Below are positions 18,051 through 27,736 of a DNA stretch of 36,743 nucleotides, in pieces. The notes under the pieces are model-generated. The model searched no databases and was not told the DNA's origin. It was given only the letters and a program-made list of their open reading frames with translations. Positions within the stretch are counted from its first letter, which is position 1; the number at the start of each line of letters is the position of its first letter. Source of the DNA: a virus. Its lineage: Duplodnaviria > Caudoviricetes. The translations under genes were made by a program, and so were the position numbers. The stretch is from the IMG/VR virus record IMGVR_UViG_3300032330_002275, positions 1-36,743 of that record. One strand, 5' to 3'.

Positions 18051-19397
18051 ATGGGATTTATGGACTTTTTAAGCAGCATCGATCCAACCAACATCAAGAG
18101 AACTGAGATTGCGAAAGCGGATTCAACAAACACACGCAACTTCTTGAATCAGGCTCAGAATTTGGGCGTCAATGCTAGGGCGGCACAATTGGGTGCTGCA
18201 CCGACGGCTGTGGCCTCTCAAGTGGGTCCTGCACCTTTTGCTCAAGTGGAGCGATTGGGTGCAGCTCCGACAGCGCAAGCGGCCACCATAGACCAGTCTC
18301 AGTTGAATCCGTATAGGCAACAGCAACAAAACTTTTTAGGGGCTTTGAATCAACAGGCGCAAGGCACTGGAGTGAGTGAGCAGGCAAAGGCTGCACAAGC
18401 GGCTGCTACGGACGCAGCAATACGTGCAACGCAAGCGCAAGCGGCCTCGGCACGGGGTCAGAGTGCAGCACTGTCCAATAGAAATGCCTCCATGCAGGGA
18501 GCAGCTCTGTTGCAACAGGGAGCTCAACAAGCGCAACAGATGGGTCTGGCTGAAAGGGCCCAAGCTCAACAGCTGTATGGGCAAGCGTTGCAGGCAGGGA
18601 TGTCGCAAGAGGCGGCTATGGCTCAAGCGCAAGCGGGCATGCAACAGCAGGCAGGATTGGCCAATCAAGCCTTGCAAGGACAGTTTGGGTTGCAGCAGGG
18701 GCAATTTGGTCAGCAGGTGAATCTTGCTAACCAATCGGCATTGCAGCAGCAACAGCAAACCAATGCTCAACTGCAACAGCAGGCGGCATTGGCCAATCAG
18801 AGCATGCAGGGGCAATACGGCTTGCAACAAGGGCAACTTTCTCAGCAGGCGGCGCTTGCTAACCAGTCGGCTGGATTGCAGAAATTGGGCTTACAGGGCA
18901 CGGCTCAAATGGGCATGGATCAAGCTTTGAATGCCAATAGTGCTGCACAAGGGCAACTGGATGCCAAAAGAGTTTCCGACATTCAATCTGCTAAGGGAGG
19001 CCTAATAAGCGGATTGAGCGGAGTAGCAGGCATGTTTTCAGACGCTCGAATCAAGAAGAATGTGAAGGAGTTGAAAGGCGAAACAGGCCAAATGATCCAA
19101 GAGGTTGCTGGGGATCCTGGGAGTGCTCAAAAGTTTTTAGATGCGTTGAAGCCTTACGAATTTAATTACAAAGATGAGCCTGCTGGCACGGAACCCACGG
19201 CTGGAATTATGGCTCAAGACTTAGAGAAGACACGGCTAGGGCGTCAAATGGTGATACAGGATGCTGCGACAGGCGTGAAACAAGTGGACTTTGGGAGGGG
19301 CTTTGGAGCGTTGTTAGCAGGGCAAGCTGAGTTGAACAAAAGGCTAGCGGCTATGGAAGGCAAAAAGGCATCGGCTAGCAAGGGAGGAGGCAACTGA
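18051..19397 (+). CDS. Q/A-rich ejection protein with C-terminal autocleaving chaperone (Peptidase_S74-like) domain
   Basis: FSDARIKKNV, LKPYEFNYK, GIMAQDLE, VDF...ELNKRL; 22-aa LANQ repeats. Confidence 0.8.
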   Translation: MGFMDFLSSIDPTNIKRTEIAKADSTNTRNFLNQAQNLGVNARAAQLGAAPTAVASQVGPAPFAQVERLGAAPTAQAATIDQSQLNPYRQQQQNFLGALNQQAQGTGVSEQAKAAQAAATDAAIRATQAQAASARGQSAALSNRNASMQGAALLQQGAQQAQQMGLAERAQAQQLYGQALQAGMSQEAAMAQAQAGMQQQAGLANQALQGQFGLQQGQFGQQVNLANQSALQQQQQTNAQLQQQAALANQSMQGQYGLQQGQLSQQAALANQSAGLQKLGLQGTAQMGMDQALNANSAAQGQLDAKRVSDIQSAKGGLISGLSGVAGMFSDARIKKNVKELKGETGQMIQEVAGDPGSAQKFLDALKPYEFNYKDEPAGTEPTAGIMAQDLEKTRLGRQMVIQDAATGVKQVDFGRGFGALLAGQAELNKRLAAMEGKKASASKGGGN

Positions 19398-20893
19398 TGG
19401 CGTTTACGGATGCAGAGATAGCGGAGCAACAGAGGCTGAAAAGTATTCGAGATGCTTTTAATCCAGACCCTACGGGCTTTTTGACACCAGCGCCAGTGCC
19501 GGCATCGGCTCCTGTGGCTCCTGTGGCTCCTGTGGCTCCTGTGGCTCCTGTGGCTCCAGTTGATGCGGCACCGTTGCCTTTGGGAGCTCCTGGAGCTGTT
19601 CCTTCGCCACAGGCACCACTTGTAAATTCCGGTGCTCCATTGAAGCCGACACCGACACCTGCTGCTCCTCAATATGCGGGTATGGGCATGGCAATGCAGC
19701 CTTCCATGCTGACAAGCACGGACAGCACAACTCAAACGCAAACGTCCACAACAAGTGGCAAAGACACACGTGGATTGCAAGCTGCCAACAAACAATTGGG
19801 AGATTTGACAAAGGCTGGAGGAGAGCTTGAGGGAAGGCAACAACTTGCTAAAGGTGAGGCCGGCTTAGAGATAGCAGCTCAAAAGGCTCAGGATTTGGAA
19901 GAGTTGCAAGCTCAAGATGCTTTACGTAAGGCCACTTTGGAAGCTGAAAAACAGAAGGTGGATCAGGCCGTCAATGAGCAGGCCAATTTTCAGTTTGATG
20001 CCAATCGGTTTTACAAAAGGATGGGCACTGGCCAAGCTGTGGCCGCAGGTGTTGGTATAGCGTTAGGGGCTTTGGCTCAAGGTTTTGGTCAAAAATCCAA
20101 TGCCGCAATTGATATTTTGGATAAGCAGGTCGATAAAGACTTGCAACAACAGCAGATGGAATATAGCAAACTCAAGGACAAAACAGCAGCAGCCAATAGC
20201 GGTTATGGCATGATGCGACAGATGGGACTGGACGACAAAGAAGCGAGTTTAAAATTCAAAGAGATGGCTGTTAACAACCTCCAGTCCAAATTAGAGGCTG
20301 GTCTTACGAAACAGTTTGGACCTGAGGTTGCTGCTCAAAAGGCGAGTGAGGCTGTGGCAAATCAACGTGCCAAACTTGAGGAGCAAAAGGTTGCGGCTCA
20401 AGGACAGACCACAAAATCTGTGAGCAACATCACAAAGACAGAGACAAAAGAGGATCCTAGAGTAAGGGCTGCGGCTGACAAAGCTGCAATAGAAAAAGCG
20501 GGTGGTTTAGTAGGCCATGATGGCAAGCCTCTTGTTGGTGAGACGGCCATAAAAGCTGGACATTACAAGAGTGCCATGGACGAAATTCAGACCATGCGAA
20601 GGATTTTGGAGAAAGGTGGAGATAAGGTTAGCTTTTATGGTGACAATCCGTTTACACGTGCAAGAGCCAGAGCTGTGGAAAGCTTTGGACGAGGGAACTC
20701 TGGTGGAGCCATTGGGGATCAAGAGGTCAAAAACTTTAAAGGCATGTTGAGTGCCATCACGGACACAAATAAAGAAGGCTTAGATCGCTTAGGCGAAGCT
20801 GGCGACATGTTGGGAGGCAAGTTCAAAATCCTATCGGCCTCACCTTATGTCCCTCCTGCTGAGTCCGCTCCAGTCATAGGGAAGAAATACTGA
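19397..20893 (+). CDS. Internal virion/ejection protein
   Basis: Helical A/Q/K rich, hydrophobic VAAGVGIALGALA segment, translationally coupled. Confidence 0.7.
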   Translation: MAFTDAEIAEQQRLKSIRDAFNPDPTGFLTPAPVPASAPVAPVAPVAPVAPVAPVDAAPLPLGAPGAVPSPQAPLVNSGAPLKPTPTPAAPQYAGMGMAMQPSMLTSTDSTTQTQTSTTSGKDTRGLQAANKQLGDLTKAGGELEGRQQLAKGEAGLEIAAQKAQDLEELQAQDALRKATLEAEKQKVDQAVNEQANFQFDANRFYKRMGTGQAVAAGVGIALGALAQGFGQKSNAAIDILDKQVDKDLQQQQMEYSKLKDKTAAANSGYGMMRQMGLDDKEASLKFKEMAVNNLQSKLEAGLTKQFGPEVAAQKASEAVANQRAKLEEQKVAAQGQTTKSVSNITKTETKEDPRVRAAADKAAIEKAGGLVGHDGKPLVGETAIKAGHYKSAMDEIQTMRRILEKGGDKVSFYGDNPFTRARARAVESFGRGNSGGAIGDQEVKNFKGMLSAITDTNKEGLDRLGEAGDMLGGKFKILSASPYVPPAESAPVIGKKY

Positions 20894-23742
20894 TGGCAAC
20901 ACGACAACCTGGTCCTGCTGTTCCGGTGATGCCAGTGCCAAAGATACCTCTGTGGAATGCCACAACGGGCAAGGAGGAGTACGTCCCAAAGGATCAGGCG
21001 GGAGCTTTGCTAGCAGATGCAGCTTCCCCTTATGGGTTTGTTCCCGGGTCTAAGCAGTACTTTAAGCATGCTGATGGGGAAGTCAGGCTTATAGACAACC
21101 CTGACGACCTCATGGCCTCTTTGCGTGCAGGATCACAACCTGTCACAGAGGCTGAAGCCTTCCGTGACAAGAGGGCCAAGAGTGGGCTTGGGCAAGCCAT
21201 AGCGGGAGTTGCAGGAGCTGCGAGTGGGGCAACCTTCGGGCTGTCCGATCTTGCAGCCAGGGGCGTGCAAGAGGCCACAGGTTTAAACGTGGCTGAAGAG
21301 ATCAGGGCGGCCAAAGAGGCCAACCCGACCACAGCGGCTGTGGGAAATGTGTTGGGCACCATAGGCTCGTCTTTGGCATTGCCAGGAGGCGGGTTGGTTG
21401 GGGCGGCATCGAAGCTAGGAGCGGGTGTTGCCGAGCGAGCGGGTGCTGCCATTGGAGCAGATGTGGCCAAAGGGGTGTTGGCATCCGCTGTAAAAAAGGG
21501 AACCGCTGCGGCCGCTGGGAGTGCTGTTGAGGGTGCGCTTTTTGGAGCGGGTCAGACGCTAAGTGAGCAGAGCTTGGGGGATCCCAGGTCATTGGGTGAA
21601 AGCCTTGTTGCCAACGTGGGGTTGGGCTCCATGCTAGGAGGCATGGTAGGCGGGGGTTTGACGGCAGGGGGCCAGCTCTTGCAACCTGCCATCGGAGCAG
21701 TGGGCAAGGGGTTTGTGCAGGCATCGGGCAAGCTAAGAAAGTTTGAAGATGCTGACATTGCTGTTCAAAAGTCAATCTTCGACAAGACAAACCCTGTTCG
21801 GGAGTATTTGACGGACAACAAAAAGTTTCAGTCGGCCGTCGAAGACAATGTGCATGCAATCCTCACAGATGCGGCCGAGCATGGGCAAGGTGCAAGCCGT
21901 GCTTTGAATGAAGCCATTGCCTCAACGAAAGTGGATGCAAGGGTTGGCCGTCAGGCCATCAATGCCACACGGGATCAGATTGACACGCTGTTGACGTTAG
22001 CCCCTCACGACACACACAGTTTCCCGCCTCAAGTTGTGCGCGAATTGGATGGTTTGAAGCAGATGTTGACACCTCTTTCAAAAGAAGAGGCAAGTGCTGT
22101 GAGTGAGCAGATAGCACTGAGGCAGCAAAGGTTGGCATCGGCCAAATTGACGGATGCTCAAAAGGAAGGTGTCGAAAACCAAATCAGAGACTACCAAACG
22201 GTCTTGAACCGTGGGAGCCCTGAGAATGCGCTAGAGGTGTTGAGGGAGGTCAAGCGCAAGACGTTTGAGTTAGGCAATTTGAGTCAGAGTGCTTCTTTGA
22301 TGGATCCGACGCAAGCCAGGGCTGCAAAGGTTTTTAAGGGACTCAATGACACGCTGAAGACATCGGTATGGGACAGTGAGGCGTTTGGCCCTATAGCGCA
22401 ACACTTGTCGGCTTTTGATGAGGCTGCGGCAACACGTTTTAATGCGATGAATCAGCTCAAAGAGCTTGGAGTTTTGAAGAAGCAGGGGCAGTCATATGTG
22501 CTTCAAAAGAATGGGATAAACTCCATTGTGAGGCAAGGCGGCGAGGGGGCTGATGCGTTAGAGGCGTTGATGCAAGCGGATGCGAAGGTGCAGGCGGCAC
22601 ATGCAGGGCTGTTGGCAGGTGCAGGAAAGGAAGGTGTCGAAGGGGCTGTGGCTGGTACTGGGGCTATCAGTTCCAGTGTTAACGACTTGCCCAATATCCT
22701 CCGACAAAAGATGGCCGTTCAGGGCTTGTTCCGAAATGAGTCCATGACAGGCCGCTCTCTTATTGGCTCTGTTGGCGGATATGCCCTGGGTGGACCCGCA
22801 GGTGCAGCTCTAGCTCTAGGGCTAGAAAATCCAGGATACATCACTCAACGGCTAGCAGGGATGTTTGAATCTGCTGGACAACTCTCTGGGAAAAGCATCA
22901 CTGGCAGCTTGCTCAGCACGGCCAATGCCGCCACTACTACACAGATTATTGACAAACTTAATCAGGCTACACAAGCTGAAGTTGATAAGTATGCTCAAAT
23001 GCGTCAACTGGAAGAAGCTCAAAACAATGTTCAGAAGACCATTCAGACGTCTTTTAGCAACGGTTTGTCCAGTGCTGCTAACGCTAAGTCTGTTGATATC
23101 CCAAAGAGCAGTTTCACCATTTCACCAAAAGACTTCACTGCTATCAGGACAAGTCTAGAAAGTGGTGAGAGTCCCTTTGCAGCACAGGTGAAACAGAGCT
23201 ATGCGCAAACCCCTCAAGCCGCAGCTGCTGCTCAAGAGACACTCAAGGTTGCCCAAAACTTCCTAAAGCAAAAGCTCCCAAATGCCGTGCTGGACGATCT
23301 TGGCCAGCCCGTGCCTCCAGGGCCAGTGGCGTTGGCTAAGTTTGCCAAGTATGCCGAGGCGGTGTCTAACCCCATGGTGGTGCTAGAGAACCTCAACAAG
23401 GGCTACGTTTCGCCCGAGGGGCTGGACACACTTAGGACGGTTTACCCACAGATGTGGGCCGCCGTGCAAGAACAGGCTAAGAATAGCGTTACGGACAAGG
23501 CCATGAGTGCACGCCAGAAGCAGTTCTTGGCTCAAGTCATCAGCGGGGGTAGCAAGTCCCAGCAGGCGATTGGCCAATCCGCCCAAGCCGCATGGGTGGG
23601 CATCAATGCCAAGAATGCAGCTAACCCCATGTCCGAGGCATCGGCATCCGCTCAAGCCGCTCTAGGGTCCCAAGGGATCCACGTGAAGCCTTTTGACGTA
23701 ACCGCCTCCAAGGCCCCTGAGAGGCGTGGTAGCTCAGTCTAG
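20893..23742 (+). CDS. Large internal virion/ejection protein
   Basis: 949 aa, G/A-rich hydrophobic stretches, last structural gene. Confidence 0.7.
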   Translation: MATRQPGPAVPVMPVPKIPLWNATTGKEEYVPKDQAGALLADAASPYGFVPGSKQYFKHADGEVRLIDNPDDLMASLRAGSQPVTEAEAFRDKRAKSGLGQAIAGVAGAASGATFGLSDLAARGVQEATGLNVAEEIRAAKEANPTTAAVGNVLGTIGSSLALPGGGLVGAASKLGAGVAERAGAAIGADVAKGVLASAVKKGTAAAAGSAVEGALFGAGQTLSEQSLGDPRSLGESLVANVGLGSMLGGMVGGGLTAGGQLLQPAIGAVGKGFVQASGKLRKFEDADIAVQKSIFDKTNPVREYLTDNKKFQSAVEDNVHAILTDAAEHGQGASRALNEAIASTKVDARVGRQAINATRDQIDTLLTLAPHDTHSFPPQVVRELDGLKQMLTPLSKEEASAVSEQIALRQQRLASAKLTDAQKEGVENQIRDYQTVLNRGSPENALEVLREVKRKTFELGNLSQSASLMDPTQARAAKVFKGLNDTLKTSVWDSEAFGPIAQHLSAFDEAAATRFNAMNQLKELGVLKKQGQSYVLQKNGINSIVRQGGEGADALEALMQADAKVQAAHAGLLAGAGKEGVEGAVAGTGAISSSVNDLPNILRQKMAVQGLFRNESMTGRSLIGSVGGYALGGPAGAALALGLENPGYITQRLAGMFESAGQLSGKSITGSLLSTANAATTTQIIDKLNQATQAEVDKYAQMRQLEEAQNNVQKTIQTSFSNGLSSAANAKSVDIPKSSFTISPKDFTAIRTSLESGESPFAAQVKQSYAQTPQAAAAAQETLKVAQNFLKQKLPNAVLDDLGQPVPPGPVALAKFAKYAEAVSNPMVVLENLNKGYVSPEGLDTLRTVYPQMWAAVQEQAKNSVTDKAMSARQKQFLAQVISGGSKSQQAIGQSAQAAWVGINAKNAANPMSEASASAQAALGSQGIHVKPFDVTASKAPERRGSSV

Positions 23743-23879
23743 GTAGGCTAGGCTCCCCTTGGGCATACATTGGAATTGAATGCCAATATTGGCCCGTCTA
23801 GGCGGTTTAGTGGGGTAACCTGGGGTAACCTGGGGGCGAGCTGTGTATGGGTGGATTGAGAAGACGTTGCCCGCTGGAG

Positions 23880-24217
23880 CGGAGTCGAAAACCACTACGG
23901 TCTTTTGAATAATTTTTTCTTCGAAAAAATTTACCTGTTGAATTTTCTGCGAAAATTACAACAGTACGTGTGATCGTATTGGATAAGTGTTTTGATTTGT
24001 TTGAGACCAGGGCCGTCCTTGGAATTCAATACCAACCAACCCTTCCTCTAGACCCTGCCTTGCACCGCACTGAGATCAGGTTGCCACTCCCCACTAAACA
24101 GATCTGACCTAAACAAATCACGATCACACGCACTGCTGTAATTTGCGTAGCAAATTCAGCAGGTAAATTTTTTCGAAGAAAAAATTATTCAAAAGACCGA
24201 CAAGGTTGTCGGCTCCG
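23880..24217. repeat. Long imperfect inverted repeat with internal cGNAg hairpins
   Basis: Arms ~23880-24010 and ~24106-24217; 40-bp perfect core 23898-23937 / 24160-24199. Confidence 0.95.
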
Positions 24218-24530
24218 GCGGCCGAGATCCCAAAAGTCCAAAGACCAAACAGGCTCAGTTCACCAGCATTTTGCGATAACAGCTGACACGCCCTTATTAA
24301 TACATAAAGAAGAGTTTATAGTTTTTTTCAATAATAACAGTATAGATGTTTCTGGATCAGCACTTCCGTGTATCCTATGGCTTACTATGGGTACTGTTAT
24401 CATTAGCAAACGTTTTTCACTCTTTTGTTGAAATCATTAGGAAATTTGTAGTTTGATTTTTATAGCTGCCATGTGCAAACTTTGAACACTAAACCAAAGG
24501 CTCTCCAGTTTTCAGGTGCAAATTTTTGCG

Positions 24531-24560
24531 TTGACAGGTTTAAGTTTGTTATGTTACAAG
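24531..24560 (+). promoter_or_regulatory. Putative sigma70 promoter for RepL-like gene 1
   Basis: TTGACA-N18-TACAAG with TG extension. Confidence 0.45.
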
Positions 24561-24592
24561 GTGGTTTGTGGAAAAAGGGGGTAACTTAAACA

Positions 24593-25213
24593 ATGGAGAT
24601 TAAACCAGAAAGCAACATTCCGGTGATGGTCAAAACTGGCGTTAAAACTTTACCTAGGTATTTTAAAAACCCATTTTTGACAGCGGATACCATTTTAAAC
24701 ACTAAGCAAAAAATACACTATTCTACTGTTAAGAAAGGAAGATTTGGAGACATAGATACTGGAGAAATTCACGGAGATACTTTAAATATTGCTGTTCAGT
24801 CAGAATACGATTCTGAAAGTTTTATTAAAGTTTACGCCGGTATGAGCCGCATTTGGTATGACATGTCTAACGTTGGAATGAAAGCTTTCGCTTTGGTATT
24901 TGCCGCTATACAAGAGTCTATTCCTGGGGCCACATTTGTGTATATACACAATCTTGACCCAAGAAGTCGGCACTTTCTTGCTTCAAATGGTCAGTTTTAC
25001 AAAGGAATACATGAACTTGTGAATCTGAACATTATTGCACGACATCGCTCTGAGCACTGGTATTGGGTAAATCCATTTGTCATGTGCAGGACAAACCGGA
25101 TTCGGATTTTACAAGATGTAAAGCTAGAGAAGAAATTAGAATCTAACGGATTGACGAACTTACAATTAACGACAAAGAAGCATAGAAAAAAGAAGGATAA
25201 CAATAATGAATGA
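24593..25213 (+). CDS. RepL-like plasmid replication/maintenance protein 1 (wHTH)
   Basis: NPFL, DIDTGEI, DSESFIKVY, FYKGIHELVNLNIIAR, WYWVNP motifs. Confidence 0.75.
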   Translation: MEIKPESNIPVMVKTGVKTLPRYFKNPFLTADTILNTKQKIHYSTVKKGRFGDIDTGEIHGDTLNIAVQSEYDSESFIKVYAGMSRIWYDMSNVGMKAFALVFAAIQESIPGATFVYIHNLDPRSRHFLASNGQFYKGIHELVNLNIIARHRSEHWYWVNPFVMCRTNRIRILQDVKLEKKLESNGLTNLQLTTKKHRKKKDNNNE

Positions 25214-25433
25214 TGTATTTGAAATGAAGCAAAGTCAGTTGATATCGGATAAAAAGTGGCTACAAAAGCAGTTAAAGAATTTTAACGAATCACTCCTTAA
25301 AGAGGATTTTGGTGCAATGCTAGAGTATAAGCGGCTAAACAAGGAGATAGAAAACATGGGACTTAATGCAGCACGGGACTTTTACATTGAAGCAGCTAAA
25401 AATATTTTGGAAGGACGCGGTGCACTGGAATGA
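25206..25433 (+). CDS. Small helical protein after RepL-like 1
   Basis: Overlapping start; FYIEAAKNILE. Confidence 0.65.
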   Translation: MNDVFEMKQSQLISDKKWLQKQLKNFNESLLKEDFGAMLEYKRLNKEIENMGLNAARDFYIEAAKNILEGRGALE

Positions 25434-25474
25434 CAAGGCAAGAGCCTACATTTGTTAAGGTTTATCTAAAATAA
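25430..25474 (+). pseudogene. Possible truncated RepL-like remnant (MTRQEPTFVKVYLK)
   Basis: ATGA-coupled 14-aa ORF with EPxFVKVYL, similar to SESFIKVY of RepL-like 1. Confidence 0.45.
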
Positions 25475-25562
25475 CAGCTAGTTTAGGGTATACGGGAGTG
25501 TACTGTATTAACTAAGGGACACAAAAACCCTGCTGTTATTAAAAGAGAATTAAGGGGGTATG

Positions 25563-25592
25563 TTGACTTTAAAGCCTATAGGTGTTTACATT
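25563..25592 (+). promoter_or_regulatory. Putative sigma70 promoter for RepL-like gene 2
   Basis: TTGACT-N18-TACATT. Confidence 0.4.
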
Positions 25593-25642
25593 TACGACAA
25601 TTCAATTTATTGTCTTGTATCACTCTATATAAGGCGGTATAT

Positions 25643-26149
25643 ATGCGTAATCCCCCGATAAGTCCAAGAGATGAGCTTAACAATGGAATTGCTTCTACAT
25701 ACTTCCAAGCCATTGTTGAAGGCCGTGTCAAATGCGTGTCCGCTTCCAAACTTAAACGGGGTAAACCTAAGTTTGAATTTGTGGGAAATTTTATGATGAT
25801 CGCTCTTAAGTTATTTTCAGATCTGTCAGTTAACAAAGATTTAGGAGTTAACGACTTTAAAGTTTTGTTTTGGATTTTGGGGAGTGTTGGATTTGATAAC
25901 AAGATTATTTTAAACCAATCGAAGATTTCAAAAGATATTGGTATCAATGCAAGATATGTGGGATCCGCTGTAAATAAAATGATCGGGATGGATATGATCA
26001 TTGTGCTTAAAAAGCATGGAGTTTTAAGGGAAATTATCCTTAACCCAAGAGTGTGCTTTGCAGGTTCCGCTACTGCCCATCAAAAAGCCGTCAGGAAATA
26101 CACACAACCTCCCAAGCTTAAACAAGTTAAGTTAAAAGTCGTCAAATGA
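25643..26149 (+). CDS. RepL-like plasmid replication/maintenance protein 2 (wHTH)
   Basis: FMMIA, DFKVLFWILGSVGFDNKIILNQSKISKDIGI HTH, LNPRVCFAG; start could be 25610. Confidence 0.75.
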   Translation: MRNPPISPRDELNNGIASTYFQAIVEGRVKCVSASKLKRGKPKFEFVGNFMMIALKLFSDLSVNKDLGVNDFKVLFWILGSVGFDNKIILNQSKISKDIGINARYVGSAVNKMIGMDMIIVLKKHGVLREIILNPRVCFAGSATAHQKAVRKYTQPPKLKQVKLKVVK

Positions 26150-26322
26150 TGAGTAACAACTTTGACCCAAAAACAGCGATCCTTTACCTCGAAGCCGCTA
26201 AAGAGGTGCTAGAAAAATCAAGTCAAGAAAAGGATATCATCTGCTTACGTGTAGACATCGACGGTGCTCTCTACATGATCAACAAAGCATTGGATGCCCT
26301 GGAGCTTAATCAAAGTCCGTGA
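26149..26322 (+). CDS. Small protein (57 aa) after RepL-like 2, absent from the ORF track
   Basis: MSNNFDPKTAILYLEAAKEVLEK...; start overlaps upstream stop; motif shared with 25206-25433. Confidence 0.6.
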   Translation: MSNNFDPKTAILYLEAAKEVLEKSSQEKDIICLRVDIDGALYMINKALDALELNQSP

Positions 26323-27736
26323 AAACATCCGCATGCCTCCTGTTGAACTGGCTGGTTGCATGCTTCAGGAAGGCATCCTCCATAACTTTCATGGGGTCGG
26401 GCTTCTCTTTCTCAGGGGCAAAGAGGTAGGCTCTAGCTTCTCTATATGAATAAATACAAGCATCTGCGCAATGATTGTCACACGCCGGGTTTTCCACCTT
26501 CCTGTCCTCATCGAGCCAAACGAGCTCCCGCATTTCATCAACCAACGCCGATGCCTCTTCGCTGATCTTCAGCTTGCCCAAAATGAGGGCCCCGTTGACC
26601 TCCTCGATAAAAAGCCGCTTGTCCCTTTTTTGAGCAGGGTGCACGTTGAGGAGGTACCGCCGCCTCCACTCTTCGGCAATGCTCTTGCCTAACCCGCCCT
26701 CGTCAACGACAGTGCGTATGATGTTATACCTCTTTTGTAACGCATCGATGCGCTTTGCAATCTCACTCGGGATAAGGCCCGTCTGACTTGTGGCGTGCAC
26801 CACATAAGCCGTATCGCTCACACGGCGGTTCCAGCCCACCACCACAAACGCAGCAGCGTCCTTGAACCCAATGTCTACCCCGAGCACAAACGTGTCACAG
26901 CACGCCTGCTCGACGGCCTCTGACGGCACAACCGTGTGCTGCTGAAGCTTGTACACAAGGTCGTCCGTGTCGGCGATCCACTCCCCCTGATAGTTCCTTC
27001 GAAAGCTCGGGGTCTGAGAAATGGCAGGATTGGCAGCCACCATACCATCCACCTGTTGCTGTATGGCCGACGCTATGTGCAGGTTGTCTTGCCACCCCCA
27101 CGTGTGCATCTCCCATGGGATGGTCTTCTCTCTGCCAGTGACGATGTCAAAAAAGAAGCCTTTAGGGATAAGCCCTGGAGTGCCAATAAACCGAATCTTT
27201 CCTTTACGTTCTGCCATGGTGATGAGGAGCACGTCATAGAGCAGGTACCTCACATGCTCAGGAAAGCTTTGCCCCTCGTCCACCACCACAAGGTCCAGCG
27301 GAATGCCCAATAGCTTTTCAACATCACCAATGCTGTCGCCTGCACCCGTAAGCCAAATCTGTGAGCCGTTCTCAAAAGTGAACGACAGGTCGGCGATGCT
27401 CTCGATGGTCTTGACCTTGTATTTCTTCAACAGTCTACGGATGATGGGGCGGATGATGTTTTTGGCATGCCCACGGGTCAAGGCGATGTAGAGCAGATTT
27501 CCCTCATTCAATTCCAATGCCCGAGAGACTAGAGAGGCCGCACAAGCATAACTCTTGCCAGCTCGCCGTGTGCAACACGCCGCCGCATATGGACTGTCAC
27601 TATCAACAAACTCACGCTGCTGAAGGAAAAGTCCACTGCGTATGCTCTCAACCAACGACCGCCGACTCACCGAAGATCCACTCAAGATCATCCGGCGTCG
27701 ATACTCCGCTAAAAGCCTCCGCTCACTCTCTAGCAC
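26306..27736 (-). CDS. terL: Terminase large subunit
   Basis: Walker A CTRRAGKS, Walker B VVVDE, IGTP, nuclease LGVDIG and NHCADA. Confidence 0.95.
   Translation of the reverse strand: MLESERRLLAEYRRRMILSGSSVSRRSLVESIRSGLFLQQREFVDSDSPYAAACCTRRAGKSYACAASLVSRALELNEGNLLYIALTRGHAKNIIRPIIRRLLKKYKVKTIESIADLSFTFENGSQIWLTGAGDSIGDVEKLLGIPLDLVVVDEGQSFPEHVRYLLYDVLLITMAERKGKIRFIGTPGLIPKGFFFDIVTGREKTIPWEMHTWGWQDNLHIASAIQQQVDGMVAANPAISQTPSFRRNYQGEWIADTDDLVYKLQQHTVVPSEAVEQACCDTFVLGVDIGFKDAAAFVVVGWNRRVSDTAYVVHATSQTGLIPSEIAKRIDALQKRYNIIRTVVDEGGLGKSIAEEWRRRYLLNVHPAQKRDKRLFIEEVNGALILGKLKISEEASALVDEMRELVWLDEDRKVENPACDNHCADACIYSYREARAYLFAPEKEKPDPMKVMEDAFLKHATSQFNRRHADVFTDFD

Noticed and set aside
20893-23742. 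Virion RNA polymerase reading the hairpins, as in N4
   Set aside because: Much smaller than N4 vRNAP, G/A-rich, no RNAP motifs seen
23770-23859. 29-aa ORF MELNANIG...
   Set aside because: No clear SD, contains a 10-bp tandem repeat; kept only as a motif instance
23768-24035. Possible mini-CRISPR (ATTGGAATTGAA resembles some repeat ends)
   Set aside because: No regularly spaced repeat-spacer units and no cas genes
23880-24217. Inverted repeat as DGR hairpin, protelomerase site or ncRNA
   Set aside because: No reverse transcriptase or TR/VR pair; no protelomerase and a long asymmetric centre; mismatches do not favour G-U on one strand
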